Assembly (NCBI GenBank): GCA_048772705.1
Contig: JBLWGC010000075.1
Span: 1 to 49,599, forward strand
Direction of reading: 5' to 3'
DNA from: Leidyana gryllorum EB-2025a
Lineage: Eukaryota > Protista > Apicomplexa
Length of the DNA: 49,599 nucleotides
The notes beneath the pieces were generated by a model. The model saw only the letters and a list, made by a program, of their open reading frames with translations. It was not told where the DNA came from and did no database searches. Positions 14,920-26,262 of this stretch are shown one piece after another. How positions within the stretch are numbered: the first letter of the stretch is position 1; each line of letters opens with the position of its first letter. The translations under genes and the position numbers were made by a program.

Positions 14920-14936
14920 ATCTTGTTTTTTGCTCA

Positions 14937-16037
14937 ATGACAGTTGTGACTAAGTGGGCAGCTGCCGAAGAGGCTGGAAAGGTCGTCATTGGAACTCACA
15001 ATGGAACCCATCACTGTGACGAGGTGGTGGCATGTTACCTGTTACGTCAATTGCCCAAGTACCGCGATAGCGTGATACTACGGTCACGGGTTCAAGAGGA
15101 GTTGGATAAATGTGACATTGTTGTGGACGTTGGCGGTGCATTTGACGTTGCTACTCGTCGGTTTGACCACCATCAACGCGGTTTTGAGCAGCACTGGTCG
15201 GAGACACGCAAACGCACACTACTATCTTCGGCGGGTTTGGTGTGGAAGTATTACGGAAAGGAGATTTTGAGCGCAAAATATGGCATCACTGAGGAGGGGA
15301 AGTTGGATAAGTTGCATCAAGTTCTCTATACGCTGATTTTTGAGAGCGTTGACGCCAATGACAATGGAGTGGCCCATCCCTGCAAACACGACAAGAAGTA
15401 TCTCGGAGGAATGCCCAGCATGGGATCTCTGGTCGCTAATGCCAACACCAGTTGGATCGATGAGAGTAGGATGGACGAGTCTAAATGTTTCGAGGAAGCG
15501 TCTGGAATCGTCAAGACTGTTCTCGAGCGAGTCATGGGATGTTTGGTGAACAACTTTGACTCTGCGATGGCAGAAATAAACGATGCAATCGCACATCCGG
15601 CCACAGATGTGGATCCCAACGGAGGAGTGATCCAGTTGAAGAAGTGGAGTCGCTATCACGGGTTGATTCTCCACGCCTTGGAGGACTTTGCGCCTCCGGC
15701 AGCGGGAGAGGAGGTGGTGAAGCAGCCTCAGATTTGGGGTGTTTGTTGGGAAGAGCCGGAGAGTGAGAGTGAGAGTGTGTGGGTTCTGCAGGCGTTGAAC
15801 AAGAGCCCTCGATGCTTAGAGCCCAGAGCCAAGGTGGACTTGGCGGAAGTGTTAGACGGTGGCGCAAATTCGTCGTCGGCAGCGGCAACGAGTGAGGAGT
15901 GTTCAAAGAAGAGACGTCTGATGGAGAAAGGAGTGGATGGCGTAATCAGTAGTGGGGAAAGTCGGTGGGTAGTGCGTCAGAAAGAATCTCTGCCTTCGGT
16001 AGCTCGCTTTTTTAAAGTGGTATGTGCCGATGATTGA
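14937..16037 (+). CDS. MYG1: MYG1 (UPF0160) exonuclease family protein with a divergent C-terminus
   Basis: Contains IGTHNGTHHCDE, DIVVDVGG, RFDHHQRGF, LSSAGLVWKYYG and VDANDNGV. Intronless. Confidence 0.92.
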   Translation: MTVVTKWAAAEEAGKVVIGTHNGTHHCDEVVACYLLRQLPKYRDSVILRSRVQEELDKCDIVVDVGGAFDVATRRFDHHQRGFEQHWSETRKRTLLSSAGLVWKYYGKEILSAKYGITEEGKLDKLHQVLYTLIFESVDANDNGVAHPCKHDKKYLGGMPSMGSLVANANTSWIDESRMDESKCFEEASGIVKTVLERVMGCLVNNFDSAMAEINDAIAHPATDVDPNGGVIQLKKWSRYHGLILHALEDFAPPAAGEEVVKQPQIWGVCWEEPESESESVWVLQALNKSPRCLEPRAKVDLAEVLDGGANSSSAAATSEECSKKRRLMEKGVDGVISSGESRWVVRQKESLPSVARFFKVVCADD

Positions 16038-17397
16038 ACCTTCTCCTGCTGCAGGCGTTGAGCGTTCGCCATCATCGTCGATCCCATCACCACCACCACC
16101 TTCATCGTCTACAACAGCACCCCCAGCTCCTATGATGAAGATGGCTACATCGTCGCGGCATGGGCATGTGAGTTTCTCGGTGCGTGAAGAGGCTTTTTCT
16201 TACACCAAGGAGATAGAGAGTGACAACAACAAGAAGATGACATCAGAGTCGACCAGCAACAGTGGTCGGGAGGGTGTGTCGTCTTGGCGATTCTTCATGT
16301 GGTTTGTGCTATCAGTGCTGGCGGGTTTTGGTATGCCGTTGTTACGATCTTACAATCTGCGCGTGGGTGAGCATCTGGGAAATAGCTATTGGTCTATTTG
16401 TCTTCACTACTCTGCGGCTGCGGTCTATACAACTCTATGGTGTGTATTGAGCTCTCGAGGATTAGTGTCTAAGCGTCAGTGCCTTAAGAATGTTCGAACG
16501 TTTGTGAGTGCCGATGTGCTGAACGGAGTGTGTTTGTTGGCGGGCTTGTCCGGAATAATCAATCACATGTTGATGGTGGAAGCCATAAAGGTCACTAGCG
16601 TTGATGGGTTCTATGTGTCGGCTGTATTCGGCATGATGGCTGGGTCTCTGGCCCTGGACGCTACTGGGTGGCTTTGGTCCAACCGCTATGGCATCAGTTG
16701 GGGTTCAGGACTAGGGGCTGCTGTACTGGTGGCCGGTTTTGCTGTTAATTATGGCCTGCGGGGATACAGCCACACTGCTTCCAATTGGCATCTGGCCTTG
16801 ATGCACCTGCTAGCCTTTGTGTATGGCCTCATTACTCTGTTGCAAGCGAGTGTCACTAGCCAACTTGGCCGTGTCATGGGACAGTGTCGGCGATCAGCGG
16901 CGTGGAACTACCTGTCCGGGGTCGTATTTGGGTACATTCTGGCGCTGTGCATTCAACCCAATCCAAAGCTAACTCGATTCGCAATGCAAGATCTCGTAGT
17001 CTTACTTCTCGCCTGCTTTAGTATCCTGTATCTCATAGTCGGCGCCTTAGCGCCCAGAGATGTTGGCTTTGCAAGTGTCTACGGCTGGGTCGCCCTCGGG
17101 AATTTCATTGGCGTATACTCCTTCGGACCGGCAGAAGACGCTAAGGAATCTGTCGGACTAGCTGTTGGTGCACTCGCGGCCTGTGTGGGCTCCTTTATAC
17201 TTATATTATCGTGGCACATTCACACCCAAAAGGATTGGCAACACAGCGAAGAAGAAGAAGGCGGGAACGACATTGCCCAAATCGAGCTCGATCTGGAAAA
17301 GGATGAATATCCAAAACATCACAAAAGTACAGACTTCAGCTCAACACCTGCTGCTGAAAGAGGACCATTCGCCTTTAAGAAAAGTGATCTGAATTGA
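16030..17397 (+). CDS. Drug/metabolite transporter (DMT) superfamily, duplicated YdcZ-like, about 10 TM
   Basis: About 10 hydrophobic helices in two halves, with motifs GMMAGSLALDATGWL and LQASVTSQLGRVMG. Start at ATG 16030 or 16132. Confidence 0.75.
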   Translation: MIEPSPAAGVERSPSSSIPSPPPPSSSTTAPPAPMMKMATSSRHGHVSFSVREEAFSYTKEIESDNNKKMTSESTSNSGREGVSSWRFFMWFVLSVLAGFGMPLLRSYNLRVGEHLGNSYWSICLHYSAAAVYTTLWCVLSSRGLVSKRQCLKNVRTFVSADVLNGVCLLAGLSGIINHMLMVEAIKVTSVDGFYVSAVFGMMAGSLALDATGWLWSNRYGISWGSGLGAAVLVAGFAVNYGLRGYSHTASNWHLALMHLLAFVYGLITLLQASVTSQLGRVMGQCRRSAAWNYLSGVVFGYILALCIQPNPKLTRFAMQDLVVLLLACFSILYLIVGALAPRDVGFASVYGWVALGNFIGVYSFGPAEDAKESVGLAVGALAACVGSFILILSWHIHTQKDWQHSEEEEGGNDIAQIELDLEKDEYPKHHKSTDFSSTPAAERGPFAFKKSDLN

Positions 17398-19028
17398 GAC
17401 AAAAAGACACAATCTGTAAGAGAAATATCAACACCTATCGTCCACGCCATACTCACACTCATTCTGTGAGTGGGGGTGTGTGTGTGTATGTGTATCTACC
17501 CACCTCCTACCGCCGAGGCTGCTGTTACTAATAATAATTGTGTATGTAACCCTAATATGTCCTTACCTATCTATCTAGTCTGTGCCGCCGCCTCCTTTCC
17601 TTCTTGTACTACACGGTGTGTCTTCTCTCCCACTCGTTTGCTTGCTTGCTTGCTCGCTCACTCGCTCCAACCCTATCCGTCACTTTCCCTTCTCTACCTA
17701 TGCCTATTCGGTTGTGGGCCTGCGGACGAGGAGCCAGCGACACAAAAGGGAAGCCGCACTTCATACAGAGGAGAAATCATTCGATCCCAACCGCCACCCA
17801 CAATACATCTATCTCTTCTGATCAATCAATTTATCAAAGTCCAAACAAACACATTTGGCGCGACCCCTGCATCCCGTCTCCTCAATAATCAAGGAGACGG
17901 CACTGCAGAAACCGCATTAGCACTATCACAGATCACAAAGCCTCGTATCTTTAAACATAACTATACATACACTCGTGACAACACAACTCTCCCCCTCACA
18001 ATATATTCAAAGGGCGAGCCATATATAGCTGTGTGTGTATGTCTGCTCCTAATGTGTGTGGGTGTGCTGTAAATTTCTTGCTTTTGCTCCCATCTCACTA
18101 CTTTCCGCCTGAGACGGAGGTGAAGTACTCTTTTGAGACAAAATCGTGCACGACCAGCCCAAAGTGACACATGTCCAGACCGTGGCGGGCGCTTCGAGTG
18201 TTTAATCCACATGAGCTGTCGACTTAGTGTTCCAGAATTGAGGCGCGCGCAAAGTCGAAAAGCTATTAGAGGACAATGGACGCCGCACTGCATTCACAAA
18301 ATCATATCAATACTATTTATCTCCCTTATGACAAGATAAGTCTTCTCGAATCCCCGAACTAATGTCTCCGAAGATGTCGACTCTTTGCGAACAACGTAAA
18401 GAGCGTTGCGATTTGTCCGATCCTTCCGCTTGCCGCGCCCCCACGTCCTTGGCGCCTGGCCCACGCTTTTTTGTCGCCAAACACACCTTATTTTGACTTC
18501 GGACGAGAACCATATTCATTCATGCTGCCGTCATTGAAGTCATTTTTCGTTCTTGTATTCTTAGCAAACCCTTGAGCTGTATCGATTGCAATTTTCGACT
18601 AAGCCAACCAAGTACCCGCCTCGGCCCCGACTGATCGACTGACCGACCGTCAGTCAGCTCAGCGACTGTACGTCCGGCCCCGAAGGATTCGTTTACCTCA
18701 GAGAGGACATAAGCTGAAGGCACATGTAAGCCGTTGCCACCGTTTCCCGGTCCACTACTGGTCTTCCTACGATTAAAAAAGCCTTGGGCACACGCGTGTG
18801 TGGTGTGTGGTACTCATCTTGACAGATTGTCCTTGTGAGCCAACAAGTGGGACATAAGGTGGCGAATGATGTCCATGATATGTGCCTCTTGGATGTATAC
18901 TGTGAAAACCGACACCCCGACAACTAATTTGCTTCTTCATTGAGACTCAGTAGATAGCCAGCACACAGCCAAGTCAGACGGGGTGTACAACAAATCACTG
19001 CTGCACGACAAATCTTATATATGAACTC

Positions 19029-19934
19029 CTAAACGTTGTCAATGTGGGAAGCGTCTATCTCGAGAACTTTGCGAATAGCGTGACCCCAACCTCCTTCCGA
19101 GACTCCAAAGTCCGAGATCATTGCAGCTACGCTTCGTGCGTCATTGTGGCCATTGGCCATGGCCAATGAATAGGGGAAACCGCTGCTCATGTTAGAAATA
19201 GTCGACACCAACCATTGTGGAGTTGCCTTCACTTACCCGAGCATTTGCACATCATTTCGTCCGTCGCCTGTGACGAGCACCTCAGTGACATCCCACCCCA
19301 TGTGCTCGGCGAGGAGTCTGACTCCATGAACTTTGTCAGCCCCTTTAGATTTGACCACAACGCATTCGAATTTGTCATATAGAACTCGTTCGGTCCGGTC
19401 CCTCAGATTCGGGTGGGTCCCAACAAGATCATGTATTTCCTTGTATTGAGGGCCGCTGAAGAAGGCTGAGCATCGAGGTTTCGGGATTTCATCAGAAGAC
19501 TCGACTCGGAAGATACGCTCATCCCAGGTAGTGTAGTCACCTTGTATCCAAGGTGAACCTTTGACACCCCAGAGCCCCTTGGGTGTGGTCCAGCCCAAGC
19601 TTACGCGGTACTGTTTTGCTATATTTTGGAGGGTACGAATGACGTCATCGGAGAGGCTTATGCAGTGGAGGGGGCGTCCAGCGTCATATCCATAGACGAG
19701 GGCCCCGTCATTGAATATTCCCGGTGCGAGATTGAAAGGGGCGGCTCCTAGGGCATTGAGTTTGCGGCAGACGGCATAGCGTGATCTGCCAGTGGCAGGA
19801 ATTAAGGGAATCTTTAGTCTTTCCAATGCGGCAGCAACGCGAATGTTCTGCTCTGGGATAGCAGTACTGTCCCAGAAGGTATCATCCAAGTCGGTAACAA
19901 CGCACTTAATACCCGGTACCGACCTAAGGGACAT
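19029..19934 (-). CDS. Cof-like HAD subfamily IIB hydrolase (2 exons)
   Basis: Motif I is VTDLDDT, followed by ATGRS, KGADK and GDGRNDVQML. A 54-nt intron at 19183-19236 leads to GFPYSLAMANG. Confidence 0.92.
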
Positions 19935-19979
19935 TGTGGGCAGACTGAAACAAATTTATAGGAGGATTGAGGGGCGTGG

Positions 19980-20797
19980 CTATAGTGATGGTGCTGCTGA
20001 AACCCGAATGGGTCGCTTCCGTTTTTCATCGGGTGCTACAGAGGTGATTGGCCATGGACGGACAACTTTCACCTTACTCACCATGTTCATTGCCTCTATC
20101 GTAAAACTGTTGGAGCAAGTCAACGGCCTCATCACGTCGTAATCCCTGAAAGACTTCGATCCCATTATATGACCCAATCGCACGATTGAGCGGTAATATC
20201 GACCCGCAGCCACCGAAGCGATCGTTCAAACATCCGAATATGACCCTCCGTATACCTAAGAGGAATTGTTGACCCTGAAGAAGCACCTTCGCAGCAAGAG
20301 GCCCGAGGGGTTCCCCTCACGGGCTCTCTCACCACCGGAAAGAACACTCACCGATGTTCAACAGGGCGCCAGCGCACATTATACACGGCTCGCAGGTGAC
20401 AAAGAGGTCCAAATGAGGTCCAAGCTGTTCCCAATTACTCAGTTTGGGTTCTGGGAGAGATGCCCAAATGGCGTCGAAGGCTACAAACTCGCAATGTCTG
20501 GTAGCCTAAAGAGAGTGGGAAGGATAGATTGGCCACACGATGGCTGTCAACCCACATTTCTGGTCTCATTGGTCTCGTTCCCGGCACTCTGCACTATCTC
20601 CTTTGTGCGACGGTCCACATAGCAACAGCCCACTGTTACTTCTTTCCTATCAAAACTCTCTTGAGCCTAAACAAAGGGATGAAGATATAGCGCGGGCACG
20701 TATCATTTCCGTCACCGACCTTCTCCAGAGCCACATCCATGAAGGCGGCTGCCTCCTCGTGGGTATAATCCGGAGGGTAACATCTGTGGTTATTCAT
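19980..20797 (-). CDS. ADAT2: tRNA-specific adenosine-34 deaminase catalytic subunit (5 exons; not visible as one ORF)
   Basis: Spliced product: ...AAFMDVALEK|AQESFDRKEVTVGCCYV...AGNETNETRN|ATRHCEFVAF...LFVTCEPCIMCAGAL...|IRRVIFGCLNDRFGGCGS...LLQQFYDRGNEH|APDEKRKRP. It carries HxE and PCxxC Zn-deaminase motifs with the Tad2-type NxRFGGCGS. Confidence 0.93.
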
Positions 20798-20839
20798 ACA
20801 AAAATTTCCGCCACTATCATACAAAGGGAGAAAGAGATC

Positions 20840-23800
20840 TTATACTCTGGGACCGGATGCTTTCTGCTTTTGCTTCATCAAAAAGTGGTCGAGCTGGGCT
20901 GCGGCAGCTGAAAGTGATCACTCACTAATAAAGAACCAATGATCTGTCAATCACTTACCAACGTCGAATCCGGTGCGAAGCCACTTGTGGGCTATGTTCT
21001 TAGATGTCCATTCCTGCAACAACTCTTGCAGACTTGACGCGTCCCGCTTGCCAAGTGTCACATTGTCTTCGGCGGCGTATTTGAGAACCACACTGAGCGG
21101 CTGCCACGATTGCTGGCGTACGCAACCCGCTACCAGTGTCCCATATGTCCGGGCACTCGCCCCAAACGATGCCCGCATCTGCATAGACACAGATCATTAG
21201 ATGAATATAAGATTCGATAACTTACAGCCTCGAGAAAGCCAATTGCTTTATCTACTCTTCCATTCCATGTACACGCCGCGATTGTGGCTGTGTAAACGAA
21301 TGCGTCCATTCGTATCGCATAGAGTCGTGGTAAAGTCTCGACGAGATGGAGTACCTTGTCAAGTTGGTGTCGCCGTCCGTAGAACTTGACAAGAATAGTC
21401 AGTGTGTAACATGTGGGTTTCACGTTTCGCTCGAGCAACTGTGCGTAAAGAGCCGCAACCTGCTCCATATCATCGGCTTTCGCAAATCCCTGCGCCGAAA
21501 AAAGAGTGATCCACGTGACAGCCAGTCTCTTCCACTCACCTCAAGAAGGGTGTTGTAAGCCACCACGTCTGGCTCTACTCCCCTCCTCGGAATGTCCTCG
21601 AACAATTGCATCGCCAGTTTCATCGCTCCCCGATCACACAGCCCCTTGATGATTGTAGAATAAGTCACCACGTCAGGTCGATGGTGAGCATTATGAGTCA
21701 TATCCTGCAGACAAGGGCAGATTGCATCGATACAGAATTGCACTCATTTTACAGTAGTGACAACACTGACGCACACGCGTGTGGCGGGCGATTCACTTAC
21801 ATTGAGGATCTCAACAGCTGTCTCCAAATCTCCCGTGACCACGCACAAGTGCATCAGATTATTGTATGTGACATCGCACGGCTGGAGACCATTCGTCTTC
21901 ATCTCCTTATATAGTCGAAGCGCGTCATGGAGACGCCTTCGCTGTGTGCAGGCTCGAATTAACACAGAATACTGCAGATCTGAAATTAGGATCTTGGCAG
22001 CTGTCGCCTTGCTCAGAACTCCTAGAGCCCGGTCAAGGTCCCCGTTAGTAACAAAACAATCCACTACGCAACCGAATATGTATGGGGACCATTGAACATC
22101 CGGCGTGTTCTCCAATCGCTGCCAAATTGCTGAAGCCTGACTCACTAAACCGCACCTCCCGTATCCCTGCGGACAATCGTCATCCAATTGAAACATCCCA
22201 TGAACACAGCAAGCATTACGTTGACACGTTGCAAGACAAACACGTGCTACAGGCACAACACCATTCAATACCGTTTGTAGCTGGCAGTATCCCACAAAAC
22301 AGAGTTTGCCATTGAGAGAGATCGTTGATTGATTGATTGCTTTGAGTGATTGATCACTTCCGTTTGATCCATCATTTCATTGATCGACCATCGGGAAGAG
22401 AACATAGCAACCAACCCAACAATCAATCCGCAGCCATTCAGCCCATCGAGTGAGCGACGAATGTCATTGATCAGCGAGTGTCGTGCAGCAGCAGCATGAT
22501 TGTCCCTATTGAACCCCCCCCGGCGAGACATTTTTGAAAGCCCTATGTTGGGGCTCATGTTGTGTTGGGGGGTACAATATTGGTTTGTGACGCTTGCAAC
22601 AAGCCAACAGCCAGCGAGCAGAATTGCATCAGCGTAAACAGACGGAAGAAGGCTCACCTTGACGAGCGTTGCCAAGGCATATGGCGTTGGAGTCGGCACA
22701 CGTTGTTGATATCTGTCGAGGGTGGTGCTCAGACGGTCAAGATCACGGAGTCGTGAGTATACGTCGACGATTGAACTCAAGAGAACCGGATCTTCTATTG
22801 GATCGAGATCATCCAGAAGCTGAAGGATCTCGCGGATAAGTTCGGGTTTGGTAGAAGGTGTTATTTGTTTCATGAGGATGCTGCAGGTAAATCCGTCGAC
22901 CTTGATGCCACGAGACCTCATCTCCGTGAGGTAATCCCAAGCTCGATTGAAGGATCCAGCCATCACAGCGGCGTTTATCATTGTGTTGTAGGTAACTTGG
23001 TCTGCGGCAATGCCGTCTCCGCCTAACTCGAAAGGCGTTTCCATTTGGCGAATCAGTCTTTCCATTTCCTCGACATGAGGAGGTTTCTTTTTCGCGAGGC
23101 CTTTCAACAAAATGTTGCAGGTGACCACGTCTGGTCGCACGGGGGAGTTGGCCTGCGAGTGTGCATCATTCCGTAGTAAATTGTACAGCTTCTCTGCTTC
23201 ACTCAACTTCCCGTGAGTGATGCATATGTGGATAACCTTATTCGCCACCGATATGTCGGGAATCCCTCCAGGAGACTTCCTCAAGTCGTGGAATAGAGTT
23301 ATCGCTCCCTTCGCGCTGTCGACACCGCCCGTGGTGCTCATGCCTTTCAAAATCTGTACTGCTTTCCTCCAACGCATCGTGCGAGTGTGCTGGGATGTCG
23401 TCACTTGACCACCACCCTCCATCACCAAACCCGACTCGTTCACAGACGAGTCGCAACTACCTTTGGCCCTCTCCACTTCCGACTCCCATTTCGCCCGTGT
23501 GCTGCGAGCCACTTCTGTGTCTCCCAATGACCGCAGAAACAGACTTGCGTCGTGGCCTCGGTCTGCACTGAGGTATACCTCAACGATCAAGTCAGTCAAA
23601 CCGACAGCGGTAGCGCTGTCGTCAAATACAAATAGTTGAGCGATTGCGTCCGCCATCAAGACAAACTTCGAAACTTTGGCCCTGGACAATAACTCCAACA
23701 GAAAGTTCTTGTCCAAGTGGTATTCGCTTGATGTGAGTCGGGTCAACAAATGCAGTGCTCGAGGGTTCGCACAGTCCGTGTATAGCAGCACGAAGTATCG

Positions 23801-26171
23801 AAGAGCGTCAATACTCAGATGTGGAGCCACTACTGCTTCGTGCACATCGGTGGTAATAGAGACGGCGAGAAGCTCTGCACAAAGAGCTCGCCAGCCAATA
23901 TACTGACGTGATGAATTTCCGAATGTTGACATAAGCGTCCCGCGTGTAGCGAACCAGGCAGGAAGAAACTCAGCCACATGTGGGGGAAGTAGTGTTGGAT
24001 ATATAATGCCCTCCTCCTTGCCTCGCGGCTCACTCGCGTTCGACGCATCAGGTGAGACCTTCACGTTCGTACAACAATATGCCGACGGAGGCAGTTTCGC
24101 TTCCACAATCGGAAGCAAGAAATAGTAGAAAGTCACGGGAGACAGACTCAAGGCCGCCACGAACGTCTTGCGCGGACCCATCAGGCCCGGCAGATCACTC
24201 GGCACGCCGTGTGAGGACTCCCACGCCTCCAGAAGTCTCATCAGATATATCTCAATGTGTGTCAAGTCGCAGCCGGTCAACTCAAACACAGTTCGTCGGC
24301 TTGTTTCCAACACGGATTCCCGCGTTGTGTTGTCTCCCAGTTCCAACAATTCCGACACGGGAGACCTCTTATCCGCCAAGAGGAACGACTCGCAGATTCG
24401 ACACCACAACTCCAACATTGAATAATATCGCTCGGATGCTCCTAAGCTTTCGTGTACTCTTCGCCATAAGCCCAACACGCGAGGTTCTTGTGCTGGACTC
24501 CAACCTTGATGCTCCATGGAGGAAAGCGGGTGAATTTCCTCCATCATAAGGATCTCTTTCAATTCCCCCCCAAAAACGATATCGTTCCCGAACACAAAAG
24601 TTGTCAATACTTTGTCCAGGTCTTTCAAGTACCCAACGTGGGGCTCATCTGGCACACTCGGAGAGGCAGCTCCGCCGTCGCTTTCACTCAACAACGGATA
24701 CAGATTTGCCATCATCCCCATAGGCAAGAGATCACCGGCAGATGCTGCAGTGAGACTCATCCGATGCCAACCTCGATGTATCAATAATTCATCACTGTAA
24801 GCCTGCAGGAACAGTCACCATCAATGCACCCCAATTGTGTCGTGATAGAACGGGACATTCAGGGTACCAAGCCGCACTCATTGGCGGGGCAAGGTGGACA
24901 GTGTCCACAAGGGTGCAAAAGTGTGATGTCAAAGCCTCGAAGACGTCCATGTCATCAGCAATCCAACAAGTGGCGGTCGGCGAGCACACACCACACACGT
25001 GGAGACGCGACATTGAATGTGTACTGTTCGATATACTTACCCGGCAGCATATGATAGGGAAAACAGATTGGAAGATAGTAGTCGCCGTGTGGCGGAACGG
25101 CCATTCTTGCACATGCCCCGTGTGGCACAAATCGTCCAACATGGCGAGGATGGCAAGTGAAGGAAATCGCAAGTCGAGCAAAACCTCCTGTCGCACTCCA
25201 CTAATCTCACCAGCCTCTGGAAGAATCAGCCATGGCGCGTCATTTTTGAGGGCCATGACCGGTAGGACCAGTACTTCGCCAACCCTAGAGCAGGCCAGGA
25301 GAGTAGCGAGAGCGCGCCAGCGTTTGGCTCGAGCGAGAGCGAGTACGAACAACTCGAAGATGTGCTGAAAAACGCCACAAGGAGCCCAACGTTCCAAGGT
25401 AGACCGAAATTTGGAACAGGCTTCTCCCTGCGCAGCAGTGCATTCGAAGAATAGCGGAGCAAAGGCTTCGATCGCAGCAGCAGTGCGCCCTGCATGAGCC
25501 AATGCTGCAAGGACCATCTTCTTGGCGGGGGAGTTGCGCTCCCGCACCCCTACCCTGCGTTTTCCAGCTAGAACGAGAGATTGTAGAACGTTGCATATGT
25601 TGCGGAGAGATTGTGCTTCCGCAGACGCATTGGGGTCTACTGGAATTGGAGATTGAGGTAGTGTCACTGTAGGCCAGTGGGCCATGAGCGAGGCGCAGAG
25701 GTAGACGAGATCAGTGGGTTTGAGCTGATCCAGCACTCCTCCTTCTGGCGCGGAATTATCACTGCAGGAGTTTAGCAGTGTACATGTGGCGTCGAAGGCT
25801 GCGGACCAGTCTCCTGATGTAGCTGCTAGCCGCAATACCGACTTTTCTTCGGCCCCAGGCCCTGGCTCAGATTTGTGTGAACGAGTCGCAGACCTGGAGG
25901 AGTCGTCTTCGGCTAGTTGAACATTGGATTGGATGGACTCCAGAAGTGAAGGGGGGGCACACCCTGCATCGGCGCATATGGAATCGTAAACGCGCTGCAA
26001 AAGCTCGTCTGACAAGTCTGCTCGAGACGGCCAGTTATCGAGTGAAGTGGCGGTTGTGGGTGTGGATGGCCGCTCGGGGTCAGTAAATAAGGAGGGAAAG
26101 ATGTTATTCGGCAACGGCCAATCCTTATCCGAAAAGAAGCCAGCAAGACCGGAAGTGAGGTTGGTAGTCAT
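20840..26171 (-). CDS. Large pentatricopeptide repeat (PPR) protein, multi-exon, with a long non-PPR N-terminal region
   Basis: PPR motifs include PDVVTCNILLKGL, DQVTYNTMINA, DVTYNNLMHLC, PDVVTYSTIIKGLC, PDVVAYNTLL and PTCYTLTILVKFYGR. The last exon ends SGPRV-TAA at 20840. ORF 24792-26171 probably splices onto 22265-24784 through an acceptor near 24802; this join is less certain. Confidence 0.85.
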
Positions 26172-26262
26172 TCTTGGTTGTCGTTTAGAGTGTCACAATA
26201 ACAGAGCATTGAATAGCAAATCTTCGCCAAGAACTGCTCTGCTAAAATCAAAAACAAAACCC

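Noticed and set aside
17470-18072. 200-aa plus-strand ORF
   Set aside because: It starts at GTG, is built from GT/CTTG simple repeats, and shows no protein-like features.
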